Of a DNA stretch of 42,516 bases, positions 32,551 through 41,138 are shown piece after piece. The notes beneath the pieces were generated by a model. It searched no databases. It was not told the origin of the DNA and saw only the letters and a program-made list of their open reading frames with translations. Origin of the DNA: an uncultured Candidatus Saccharibacteria bacterium (GTDB lineage: Bacteria > Patescibacteriota > Minisyncoccia > Phycocordibacterales > JAACPR01). The stretch spans positions 1-42,516 of the forward strand of contig CAYOAC010000003.1 in NCBI GenBank assembly GCA_964401885.1, written 5' to 3'. Numbering within the stretch: the first letter of the stretch is position 1; the number at the start of each line of letters is the position of its first letter. The translations under genes were made by a program, and so were the position numbers.

Positions 32551-32576
32551 AACCCACACGATTGTGTGGGTTTTTT
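32551..32576. terminator. GC-rich hairpin with a T-run (second of two tandem hairpins)
   Basis: AACCCACAC-gatt-GTGTGGGTT followed by TTTT on the plus strand. Confidence 0.45.
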
Positions 32577-32580
32577 AATT

Positions 32581-32611
32581 AAAAAAGGACTTCGTAAAAA
32601 AAACGAAGTCC
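32581..32611 (-). terminator. intrinsic terminator of gene 32633-33793
   Basis: On the minus strand: GGACTTCG-(U-rich loop)-CGAAGTCC followed by TTTTTT. Confidence 0.6.
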
Positions 32612-32632
32612 AAAATTGAAACTGATCTGTAT

Positions 32633-33793
32633 TTAGAAAATAATCTGTCTGTAACCAGATTGGTCGCTCGAACTCACGACCCAACGATTATCATATGGTG
32701 CCAAAATAATTGTTCCACGAAGTCTGCTTGGATTGGGCATCCTTAAAAGCCAACTTGTATCAACAAAAATTTTATCCCCGTATTCTCTAAAGATACTGTA
32801 GGTTGGCGGAGGCGCCATTAAGATACCTTCTTTTGTAAACGGACGATCTTGAAATATCTCATAGAGAATCAAAGCTGGTTGACTATCATCTTCCTGACTT
32901 TTTGCGAATCTCAAAAAAGGTAACCAATGAATCCATTCACCAATCTTTTCTCCATTCGACAAGACAAAACCTAATGTCTTATGTTGGGTCTGAAGTGTCG
33001 ATAAGTACAATGCTCTTGAAGGTCCACCGGGTTTGGGATAATGAAGAAATTCATTTAATTGAGGATCGGTCATAAAACCGCTTCCAAGTAAATTTTCTTT
33101 ATAACCGACCTTGCCTTCGTCGCCTAGGAATGTTACAAATTTTCGCATGGATTCCATTTGCCCTTCGATGGCTGGAAATATAATTGGATCACCAAACTTG
33201 CAAATATATTCTAGAGTCATGTCTTGAACTTTTTCACTTGTAAGTTTGAGAATTCTATTTCCAGCAGCACAGGATATCGATACTTCTTGAGTGATATAGT
33301 TTACAATCACTGAAAAGATGGGGACACCTCTTCTGATGCAGCTAATTGCTGATGTTGCTCCAGTTATTGAGGCCGGTGAACCAAAATCTTTTTCCCATTG
33401 TTCTGGCGTTTTGCTATCTGTTAGAATATCACCAACTTTTGCATCTTTTGGGAAATTCCTTAAGAAGCTTTTTAGTTGATTGGATCTGTCAGTTGGATCA
33501 CAGATAAAAACTGTTCTGAAAGTACTTGGATCATTTGGACGAAAAGTATCATCAAAATTGTACTTTTCCTTTCGTCCTACTTCTTCCGTTATTACCACTG
33601 CGCCAGAGTCATACTTGTTGAGTTCATGACCAATTGTAATTTCGGGACCCGAATCCATTCCTAAAGTATCAGTTTTTCCGTAAAGGTTGACTGGCTGCAA
33701 AGCATCACCGACCGTCGAATGATATAGGTCGTAAAATGCTTTTACTATAGCTCGCAGAGAGGCATTCAAATGCGCTTTTTCAACACCTTGCAT
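32633..33793 (-). CDS. divergent IMPase/FBPase (FIG) superfamily-like phosphatase
   Basis: 386-aa ORF. VVITEEVG plus VFICDPTDRSNQ resemble the EE and DPxDG[ST] metal-binding motifs. SAISCIRRGVPIFSVIVNY...AAGN parallels the IMPase core. A good SD (AAGGAG) lies 8 nt upstream. Confidence 0.35.
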   Translation of the reverse strand: MQGVEKAHLNASLRAIVKAFYDLYHSTVGDALQPVNLYGKTDTLGMDSGPEITIGHELNKYDSGAVVITEEVGRKEKYNFDDTFRPNDPSTFRTVFICDPTDRSNQLKSFLRNFPKDAKVGDILTDSKTPEQWEKDFGSPASITGATSAISCIRRGVPIFSVIVNYITQEVSISCAAGNRILKLTSEKVQDMTLEYICKFGDPIIFPAIEGQMESMRKFVTFLGDEGKVGYKENLLGSGFMTDPQLNEFLHYPKPGGPSRALYLSTLQTQHKTLGFVLSNGEKIGEWIHWLPFLRFAKSQEDDSQPALILYEIFQDRPFTKEGILMAPPPTYSIFREYGDKIFVDTSWLLRMPNPSRLRGTIILAPYDNRWVVSSSDQSGYRQIIF

Positions 33794-33915
33794 AATTTTC
33801 TCCTTTTGGTTTATTGTTGTAGAACCATTGTTCCAATATCACATTAAGATTTTAAATACTTTTGTCAAATATTAAAACATATCTACTTTATTTAATTTGG
33901 AAAAATATTTTAAAC

Positions 33916-33924
33916 TGATAGAAT
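33916..33924 (+). promoter_or_regulatory. extended -10 box (TGaTAGAAT) 6 nt upstream of the purF ATG
   Basis: TG at 33916-33917, TAGAAT at 33919-33924, ATG at 33931. Confidence 0.45.
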
Positions 33925-33930
33925 GAGGTT

Positions 33931-35289
33931 ATGGAAAAAAAGGGTGAAAAATGCGGCGTCTTTGGAATTTATGGCAAAGGTCTAGACGTAAGCCGACTTT
34001 CATTCTTTGGCTTATATGCTTTACAGCATCGGGGACAAGAGAGTTCTGGAATATCTTGTAGTGACGGAGAGAATATTTTTTGTCACAAAAATACAGGACT
34101 TGTATCTCAGGTTTTTAATGAAGAAATTATAAAAAGTTTGAAAGGGCATATTGCGATAGGTCATAATCGTTATTCAACATCTTCTGGTTCAGGAATGGAG
34201 AATACTCAACCTGTTGAAGTTTCTGATAATTCTATAACTTTAGCTCACAATGGTAATGTTCCGAATGTTTCTAAATTACTTGAAATATTAAAACAAAAAG
34301 GAATTACATTATCTGATGTTTCTGATTCTGTTGTTATAACTGAAATTATTCATTCTCTAGTTAAAGAAGGAAAGACAATAGAAAAAGCCGTAGAAGAAAT
34401 TTATCCGATGATAGTCGGATCTTTTTCTATACTTATAATGACTAAAAATAAATTAATTGCTATTAGAGATAGTTATGGAATCAGGCCGCTTTCAATTGCA
34501 AAATTAAATGGTGGTTATGTTTTTGCTTCTGAGACATGTGCTTTTCATCCGATTGGAGCAACTCATATAAGAGATGTTCTTCCTGGAGAAATGGTTGTCG
34601 TAGATGAAACTGGATTAAAGGTAAAACAATTAGCTAAAGGAAATCAAAAATTAGACATTTTTGAATTTGTATATTTTTCAAGGCCCGATAGTGAACTATT
34701 GGGTCAATCTGTTTATGAAGTTATAAAAAGATTTGGTGAAAGATTGGCAGAAGAACATTTAATTGATGCTGACGTAATTATTCCTGTTCCAGAAACAGCT
34801 ATACCTGTTGCTATTGGACTTTCGAATGCATCTGGAATTCCATTTGAAATGGGATTAATTAAAAGTAGATATATTCACAGAACTTTTATTGAGCCAGAAC
34901 AACATATTAGAGATCAAGGCGTAAAATTGAAACTTGCTCCATTAAAAGATGTAATCGCAAATAAAAAAGTCATCATTGTTGATGATTCAATTGTTAGAGG
35001 AACAACATCTAAGCAATTAGTAAAAATACTTTTTGAAACAGGTGCCAAAGAAGTTCATTTCATGGTTAGTTCTCCGCCCGTAAAATTTCCTGATTATTAT
35101 GGAATTGATTTGCCACATCATAGTCATTTGCTTGCTACAGATAAAACAATAGAGGAGATGAGAGATTTTCTTGGTTGTACTTCGCTTAATTTTCTTTCAT
35201 TTGAAGGTATGATTGAAGCAACTCATCTTAAAAAAGAAAATTTTAATACATCTTGTTTTACAGGAGAATATCCTATTAGTATTGAATAA
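33931..35289 (+). CDS. purF: amidophosphoribosyltransferase
   Basis: Nucleophile Cys in the N-terminal MEKKGEKCGVFGIYG, ALQHRGQESSGI, and the PRPP-binding loop VIIVDDSIVRGTTS. Confidence 0.9.
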   Translation: MEKKGEKCGVFGIYGKGLDVSRLSFFGLYALQHRGQESSGISCSDGENIFCHKNTGLVSQVFNEEIIKSLKGHIAIGHNRYSTSSGSGMENTQPVEVSDNSITLAHNGNVPNVSKLLEILKQKGITLSDVSDSVVITEIIHSLVKEGKTIEKAVEEIYPMIVGSFSILIMTKNKLIAIRDSYGIRPLSIAKLNGGYVFASETCAFHPIGATHIRDVLPGEMVVVDETGLKVKQLAKGNQKLDIFEFVYFSRPDSELLGQSVYEVIKRFGERLAEEHLIDADVIIPVPETAIPVAIGLSNASGIPFEMGLIKSRYIHRTFIEPEQHIRDQGVKLKLAPLKDVIANKKVIIVDDSIVRGTTSKQLVKILFETGAKEVHFMVSSPPVKFPDYYGIDLPHHSHLLATDKTIEEMRDFLGCTSLNFLSFEGMIEATHLKKENFNTSCFTGEYPISIE

Positions 35290-35367
35290 TATATAAATAT
35301 AGAAATTATTTTGAAAGTATTTCTTTGGGTCCTGTATTCGTTAAAGAAGTTAAATAATTATATAAAT

Positions 35368-35394
35368 AAAAAAAGAGCTGGTCAGGCTCTTTAG
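35368..35394. terminator. short bidirectional hairpin between purF and the BI-1 gene
   Basis: AAAGAGC-tggtcag-GCTCTTT flanked by an A-run. Confidence 0.5.
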
Positions 35395-35423
35395 GTGTTA
35401 TTTATTTATGACCGTTGTTTGTG

Positions 35424-36122
35424 TCAATCTTTTTTCCCCATGATTCTCAAAAGGGTTAAGAAAAGATTGACAATATCGAGATACAATTCGATTGAAATAT
35501 CAATCGCATTGTCGAATGTCTTGGAAATTTCACTTGCACGATACATATCGTATCCGATGTACAAAGAGAAAATCCCAGCGGCGATGTAATCAATCCAACC
35601 GAAATTGAGTCCGGGGATAAAGATTTGAGCAATCCTCACAATAACGAGACAACTTAATGCCACGAAAAGAGGTGTTCCCAAATTTTTGAATAGGCTAGGG
35701 AACAAAACCCCTGCACCACCCATTACGAAAGTGATTCCAGCAGTTATGCCGAAAGCGTTTCTGATTACATCAGGACTATATTGATTAACTGCTGGTCCAA
35801 GTATGATCCCGAAAGGAACCACCAGCATGTTGTATCCAACGAAGGAAATGACGTAGTTGTCGCTTTTCATTGCAACAATGATACCCACAATAGGTATCAC
35901 AAGCCCGATAATCAAGATTTCTGCCAAGCCCGGCATATACTCGATATCGATGACCTTCTTTGCAATTAAAGCTGTAATAACCAATCCCCAAAGGAGAGAG
36001 GCTGTTAAAGCTGCATAGAAAGAAGATTCACTGATTTCATCTCCTCCTGTTCGATCAAAAACTCCAGTACTGATATCGCTCATTTGTCGTTGTGTCGTTG
36101 TTCTTTTTTTGTTTTGCTTCAC
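35424..36122 (-). CDS. Bax inhibitor-1/YccA family membrane protein
   Basis: Seven hydrophobic segments. The C-terminal IFSLYIGYDMYRA...DIVNLFLTLLRIMG is typical of BI-1/YccA. The GTG start at 36122 is uncertain; an alternative ATG lies at 36083. Confidence 0.75.
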   Translation of the reverse strand: MKQNKKRTTTQRQMSDISTGVFDRTGGDEISESSFYAALTASLLWGLVITALIAKKVIDIEYMPGLAEILIIGLVIPIVGIIVAMKSDNYVISFVGYNMLVVPFGIILGPAVNQYSPDVIRNAFGITAGITFVMGGAGVLFPSLFKNLGTPLFVALSCLVIVRIAQIFIPGLNFGWIDYIAAGIFSLYIGYDMYRASEISKTFDNAIDISIELYLDIVNLFLTLLRIMGKKD

Positions 36123-36165
36123 AAGAAGCAGAATGGGTACTTATTAAAAACACATTCTGCTTCTT
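36123..36165 (-). promoter_or_regulatory. perfect 13-bp hairpin abutting the annotated GTG start of the BI-1 gene
   Basis: AAGAAGCAGAATG (36123-36135) pairs with CATTCTGCTTCTT (36153-36165), with a 17-nt loop. Confidence 0.4.
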
Positions 36166-36270
36166 ACGAAGTCACTTTTAAAGAACAATTTATTATGCAG
36201 TATATTAACATTATATATTGATATTGTCAATATAAGTGAATTTAATTTTTTATTACCCAAAAAAATAATA

Positions 36271-36279
36271 TGGTGTAAT
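36271..36279 (+). promoter_or_regulatory. extended -10-like box (TGgTGTAAT) 11 nt upstream of the ATG
   Basis: TG at 36271-36272 and TGTAAT at 36274-36279. Confidence 0.3.
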
Positions 36280-36290
36280 ATTGAAGTAAC

Positions 36291-39200
36291 ATGGAAAATA
36301 TAAATAAACGCAAGATAATTGCGCTTTCAATACTGGTTTTATTAGTAATATCATTTTCAGTTTATTATTTAATAGTTTATAAAACGAAAATTTCTGATTT
36401 TGATTTGCGTGCAAGTATTGCAGATGCAGCTGGTGTTACTGAAGATAGTCATTTTATTTTAAAAACTACTGAATCTCTTTCTACTCAAGTAATTGAAAAA
36501 TATTTAAAAACATCTCCTCAATTTGATTTTAAGGTTAAAAAAGTTTCTGGTGAAGAAAATACTTATGAAATTATTCCAGAACAAAAACTTCAAATCGATA
36601 AGATATATAGTCTTGAAATAGACAAGGGTCCTATTGCTGCAAAAACTTTTAGTTGGGCATATCAAATAAAAGCACCTTTTCAATTAATTTCATCAATACC
36701 TGCCGATAAAGGCGTAGATGTTCCATCTAATACTGGTATAGAACTTTATTTTAATCGTGACGATATAATTGATCCAGAAAATGATATAGAAATTTATCCC
36801 AAAGTATCTGGTAAATTTGAAGTTGTAGAAAACGGAGTCAAATTCATTCCTAAGAATCCTCTACAAGAAAAGAAAATTTATACTATTAAAATAAAGTCGG
36901 GTCTTAAAGCAAAAGATACAAAAGATACTTTATCTGAAGACAAGATTATTAAATTTCAAACTGGAAGAAATGGTAATTACAATAATCCTTATGCATACTT
37001 TTCTAGGACTTTTTCCGAAATAAAGAATGATTCAGAAGTCTTATTGGGTGTTGATAGTAGTAGTAATGTTAAAACCTCAAATGTTTCTATTTATAAATTA
37101 GATTCAGTAAATGAATTTATAGATTCTGTTTCAAAGATTCAAGGTGATACTCCTTGGGCAACATATTATGATAATACTAATATTGTTTTACCAGAAAATA
37201 AGAATGTGTTTAATGGCTCTTTACCTTTAGAAGAAAATAATTATTCAAATCTGATTCGATTACCACAAAAATTAGATCAAGGATATTATGTTGCTGTTAT
37301 TGAAAATAATGGAGATAAAGATGTGTCTTGGTTTCAAATAAATCCTAATGCTAGTTTCTCGGCTTTTGCTGGTACAAAATCTCTAATATGGTTAAAAAAT
37401 ATTAATAGTGCACAGAATATTTCTGGAGTTCCAATTTTATTTAATAATAAACAAGTTGGGCAAACAAATTCTGACGGAGTAGCGATTGTTGATACACCAT
37501 CAGAATTGATTTCGGATTCTTATTATAATTATGAGAATAATGGAAAAAAGTTTTTTGTCGCTCAAATTCAAAATTCTGAATTAGCTATTCCTATTGAAAA
37601 TGAATATGGTCAAACTGCAAATATAAGTAAAACTGATAAATGGTGGGACTATGTTTCTTTAAATAAAAATATTTATTTACCAACAGATACTATAAACTTT
37701 TGGTCAATTGCAAAAAGTAGAAGTGATGAATTAATCAAAGAAGATATAACAGTAAAACTAACAAGTCAGTATTGGTATTCAGAACAAGATAATATAATCA
37801 CTTACGCTCAAACTAATGTAAAGGTTTCTGATTTTAATGCCATGACGGGCGAATTGTCATTTTCGAATTTAAATCCCGGAACTTATCAATTAACTTTTTC
37901 AAAAGGCGAGGAAGTTTTATCACAACAAACTGTTACTGTTAGTGCTTATGTAAAACCTGCTTATAAAATAATTCTGTCACCAGATAAAAATTCAATTTTT
38001 GCTGGAGAGAATGTAAATTTTAAAGTGAAAGCTGAATTTTTTGATGGTACTCCTGTTTCAAATGTTAAATTAGAATATGATGCATATAGTAATTTTGTTG
38101 AAGATGATAAGGGTTATTTCAATTTAGATTTGAATGGTGAAGGGTCATTTACTATAAAAACTAAAAATCAAAACTTAGGATATAATTATTGGCCAGATTA
38201 TTTGAGTGTTATCATCAAACCACAAGGCTCCGAAGAAGCTCAAATAGAAACAAATTCTTCGGTCTATGTTTTTGGTCCTAAAATAAATAATTCTATTGAA
38301 CAAAAACAAAATGAAAATGGTTTTACTTTCGACATAAAAACCAGAGAAGTTGTTTTGAGAGACAGAACAAAAGCTTCACCATATTGGAATACTGAAGATT
38401 ATCTAGGTGGACCTGTAAGCGGTATTTCTACAAAAGTTGATATATATGAAATTGAATATGTTAAAGAGCAAACTGACACTGGTTATGATCCAATAAATAA
38501 ACTTACTTACCCTATTTATTATTGGAAACAAGAAGATAAATTAAAGGATACTAAATTTTTAATTTCAGATTCAAATGGTAATTCCCAAGTTTCTATTGAG
38601 GGTCAAAAAGGAAAGACTTATAAAGTTGAGTTTGTTTCATGGGATAAAGATGGTTTTGAAATTAAAGAAACGAGATATGCTTACTTCAGTTCATATGTTG
38701 ATTTATTTGATTATGACTATGGTTCTTATTATTATCTCGATAATATTGATAAAAATAAAAGTTATAAAATAGGCGAAACTATCAGACTTCAAATTCAAAA
38801 TCAACAGGGTATAAATTTAAAAGACAGTCAAAATAATTTCTTGTTTATGACTGTAAATAATGGAAATATAGAATATAAAATTCAAAATTCTCCTAAGTTT
38901 AATTCAATATTTCAATATAAGGATATTCCAAATATTGTTATTTGGTCTGGTTGGTTTAAAGATGGAGCATTCTTCAATGCGTATGGTGAAAATATTTCCT
39001 TTGATTCAAATGAAAAAAGATTAAATATATCTATTGTAAAGGATAAACAATCTTATAAACCAGGAGAAAATGTAATTCTTAATTTGAAAGTTACTGATAA
39101 AAATAATAAACCTGTGAAAGCTGAAGTGAATCTTTCGGCATTAGATGAAGCGGTATTTTCTATAAGTCCATCTGATATTGATATTACAAATGATCTTTAT

Positions 39201-39470
39201 AGAGATATATATTCTCAAATTGTAATAAGGACTTCAAACGAGCCTCCTTATGGCGGTGGAGGAGCAGAAAAAGGTGGAGGAGGTGATGGTGGCCCAAGAT
39301 CTGATATTAAAGAAATGGCTATTTTCAAATCAGTTGAAACTGACAGTAATGGTAGTGCACAAGTTGAAATTAAATTGCCAGATAATATAACTTCTTGGAG
39401 ATTAACTACACAAGCGGTAACAAAAGATTTATTTGCTGGAAAAAATATTTCCTTTATACCTGTTTCATGA
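36291..39470 (+). CDS. alpha-2-macroglobulin family protein, N-terminal 1059 aa (reading frame continues beyond a TGA)
   Basis: N-terminal membrane anchor, then a long run of beta-rich MG-like repeats. LPDNITSWRLTTQAVTKD is the conserved A2M element. The ORF ends at TGA 39468-39470. Confidence 0.7.
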   Translation: MENINKRKIIALSILVLLVISFSVYYLIVYKTKISDFDLRASIADAAGVTEDSHFILKTTESLSTQVIEKYLKTSPQFDFKVKKVSGEENTYEIIPEQKLQIDKIYSLEIDKGPIAAKTFSWAYQIKAPFQLISSIPADKGVDVPSNTGIELYFNRDDIIDPENDIEIYPKVSGKFEVVENGVKFIPKNPLQEKKIYTIKIKSGLKAKDTKDTLSEDKIIKFQTGRNGNYNNPYAYFSRTFSEIKNDSEVLLGVDSSSNVKTSNVSIYKLDSVNEFIDSVSKIQGDTPWATYYDNTNIVLPENKNVFNGSLPLEENNYSNLIRLPQKLDQGYYVAVIENNGDKDVSWFQINPNASFSAFAGTKSLIWLKNINSAQNISGVPILFNNKQVGQTNSDGVAIVDTPSELISDSYYNYENNGKKFFVAQIQNSELAIPIENEYGQTANISKTDKWWDYVSLNKNIYLPTDTINFWSIAKSRSDELIKEDITVKLTSQYWYSEQDNIITYAQTNVKVSDFNAMTGELSFSNLNPGTYQLTFSKGEEVLSQQTVTVSAYVKPAYKIILSPDKNSIFAGENVNFKVKAEFFDGTPVSNVKLEYDAYSNFVEDDKGYFNLDLNGEGSFTIKTKNQNLGYNYWPDYLSVIIKPQGSEEAQIETNSSVYVFGPKINNSIEQKQNENGFTFDIKTREVVLRDRTKASPYWNTEDYLGGPVSGISTKVDIYEIEYVKEQTDTGYDPINKLTYPIYYWKQEDKLKDTKFLISDSNGNSQVSIEGQKGKTYKVEFVSWDKDGFEIKETRYAYFSSYVDLFDYDYGSYYYLDNIDKNKSYKIGETIRLQIQNQQGINLKDSQNNFLFMTVNNGNIEYKIQNSPKFNSIFQYKDIPNIVIWSGWFKDGAFFNAYGENISFDSNEKRLNISIVKDKQSYKPGENVILNLKVTDKNNKPVKAEVNLSALDEAVFSISPSDIDITNDLYRDIYSQIVIRTSNEPPYGGGGAEKGGGGDGGPRSDIKEMAIFKSVETDSNGSAQVEIKLPDNITSWRLTTQAVTKDLFAGKNISFIPVS

Positions 39471-39596
39471 CCTTTTTTTGTTGATTCTATTTTTAATCAA
39501 AAATATCTTGTCGTCGACAGTATAAATTTTACATTTAGAACTTTTGGACAAGAATCAAATAAGTGAAATGTAAAATATTCTGTTGAGAGTTTAACT

Positions 39597-41138
39597 TTGC
39601 CATTTCAAAAAATAGAAAAAACAGGAGGAAATAATTTGGAAATGTTGCTAGGTGTGTTAACTTCTGGAATTCATCAATTAACCATAAAGGCTGATAATAG
39701 TTCTTATCAAGATACTGTAATTAGGCCGTTGAATGTTTTGAATAGTTATTTTGAAAAAGATATTTCAAAGTTTTATGAAGGTCAGATTGGTATAAATATT
39801 GGCAACAACTCCAAAGGTTATACAAAATTAACTTTCAATTCTTATGGAAAAGGAAAATTCTATAATGAATTAAAATCCATGAGTTATCAATGGGGTTCAA
39901 GAATTGATCAAAAAGGTACAAAAGTTATTGCAACAAAACTCTTAAACGAAAATTTTGCTGAACAAAATGAGATTCCAGAATTTCAAGCAGAAAAATATCA
40001 ATCATATACTGGCGGTATAAAATTGCTTCCATATAGTACTGAAGAATTGGAAATTTCTTCAATCAGCGCCAATTTATTTGGAGAGGGAATATTCAACAAA
40101 GATTCTCTTAAGGGATATTTCTATTCTTCAATGAGTGATGAAAAATCCGATGTCTCAAGGATTGTTAGATCTTTATATGGTCTTTCGGCATATCATGAGC
40201 CAATCTTAATTAAACTTCAAAAAATAAAAGATGACGCTAATCTTAATTTGAAAGATAAAATATTTGTAGCCCTTGCACTAGATGTGCTCGGAGCAAAGGA
40301 GGATGCAAGAGCATACTATGACGATAAGATTAAGAATTCTATAGAAATAAAATCAGAATATGCTTATATCAAAGGATTAAAAGGCGACGAAGTTATTACT
40401 ACTACAGCGTTAGTTGCAGCATTAGCAGCAAGCCTTGAAAAGCCAGAAGCAAATCAACTATATTCTTACGTTGAGCAAAATTATCCAAAAGAAACATTGA
40501 TAAATTTTGAAAAATTATTGTATGTAAAAAATTCTTTATCAAAATTAGATAATGAAAAGATTAGTTTCGAATATAATTATGGAAATAAAAAAGAAAAGAA
40601 AACACTTGATAATGGAGAAATATTTTCAATAACATTATCTCCTGATGAATTAAAGACATTCAGTCTCTCTTCTGTTAAAGGTAAATTGGGGGTTGTTGCT
40701 GAATACAAAGAAGAATTTTCTCCAGATTTAATAGTTAAAGATGAGAACTTATCTATTAATCGTTCTTATGAAGTCGAAGGTATTGTTACTAAAGAATTTA
40801 AAGAGGGAGACAAGGTGTTGGTGAGATTAATGCCACAATTTAATACAAATGCATTGAATGGTTCATATCAAATTGTTGATTATCTTCCAAGCGGTTTGAG
40901 ACCAATAGATCAAGATTGGGAATCTTATGTTTATGGTGGAAAATATAGAGAATATCCTGTAGAAATAAATGATCAGAAAGTTACTTTTGTAGTTGATAAG
41001 GGTAATCCGTATCAAATTTATTACTACGCGAGAGTAGTTTCCAAAGGAACTTATCGAGCTGATCCAGCTATTCTACAGTCATTAAAAAGTCTTGAAAGTA
41101 TAACAATATCAAATGAAGATTCGGTCATTATTAAATAA
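39597..41138 (+). CDS. alpha-2-macroglobulin family protein, C-terminal part (same frame as 36291-39470; no CxEQ thioester motif seen)
   Basis: Same reading frame as the upstream ORF and open from 39567. The ORF-track start is a TTG. The helical thioester-domain-like region lacks Cys. The C-terminal receptor-binding-like domain is beta-rich. Confidence 0.6.
   Translation: MPFQKIEKTGGNNLEMLLGVLTSGIHQLTIKADNSSYQDTVIRPLNVLNSYFEKDISKFYEGQIGINIGNNSKGYTKLTFNSYGKGKFYNELKSMSYQWGSRIDQKGTKVIATKLLNENFAEQNEIPEFQAEKYQSYTGGIKLLPYSTEELEISSISANLFGEGIFNKDSLKGYFYSSMSDEKSDVSRIVRSLYGLSAYHEPILIKLQKIKDDANLNLKDKIFVALALDVLGAKEDARAYYDDKIKNSIEIKSEYAYIKGLKGDEVITTTALVAALAASLEKPEANQLYSYVEQNYPKETLINFEKLLYVKNSLSKLDNEKISFEYNYGNKKEKKTLDNGEIFSITLSPDELKTFSLSSVKGKLGVVAEYKEEFSPDLIVKDENLSINRSYEVEGIVTKEFKEGDKVLVRLMPQFNTNALNGSYQIVDYLPSGLRPIDQDWESYVYGGKYREYPVEINDQKVTFVVDKGNPYQIYYYARVVSKGTYRADPAILQSLKSLESITISNEDSVIIK

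Noticed and set aside
32495-32557. N-terminal 21-aa extension of the histidine phosphatase ORF
   Set aside because: The extension runs into the 32551-32576 hairpin and precedes the conserved RHG start region. The internal ATGs at 32494 and 32488 give a normal family N-terminus.
36291-41138. Genome-wide reassignment of UGA (code 4 or 25) as the explanation for the two in-frame TGA codons in the A2M-like gene
   Set aside because: TGA is clearly used as a real stop elsewhere. It ends the genes finishing at 5170, 5726, 9241, 9960, 10894, 29629, 30733 and 31603. Several of these are followed within a few nt by intrinsic terminators or by the next gene's promoter. All other recognisable proteins have normal lengths under the standard code.
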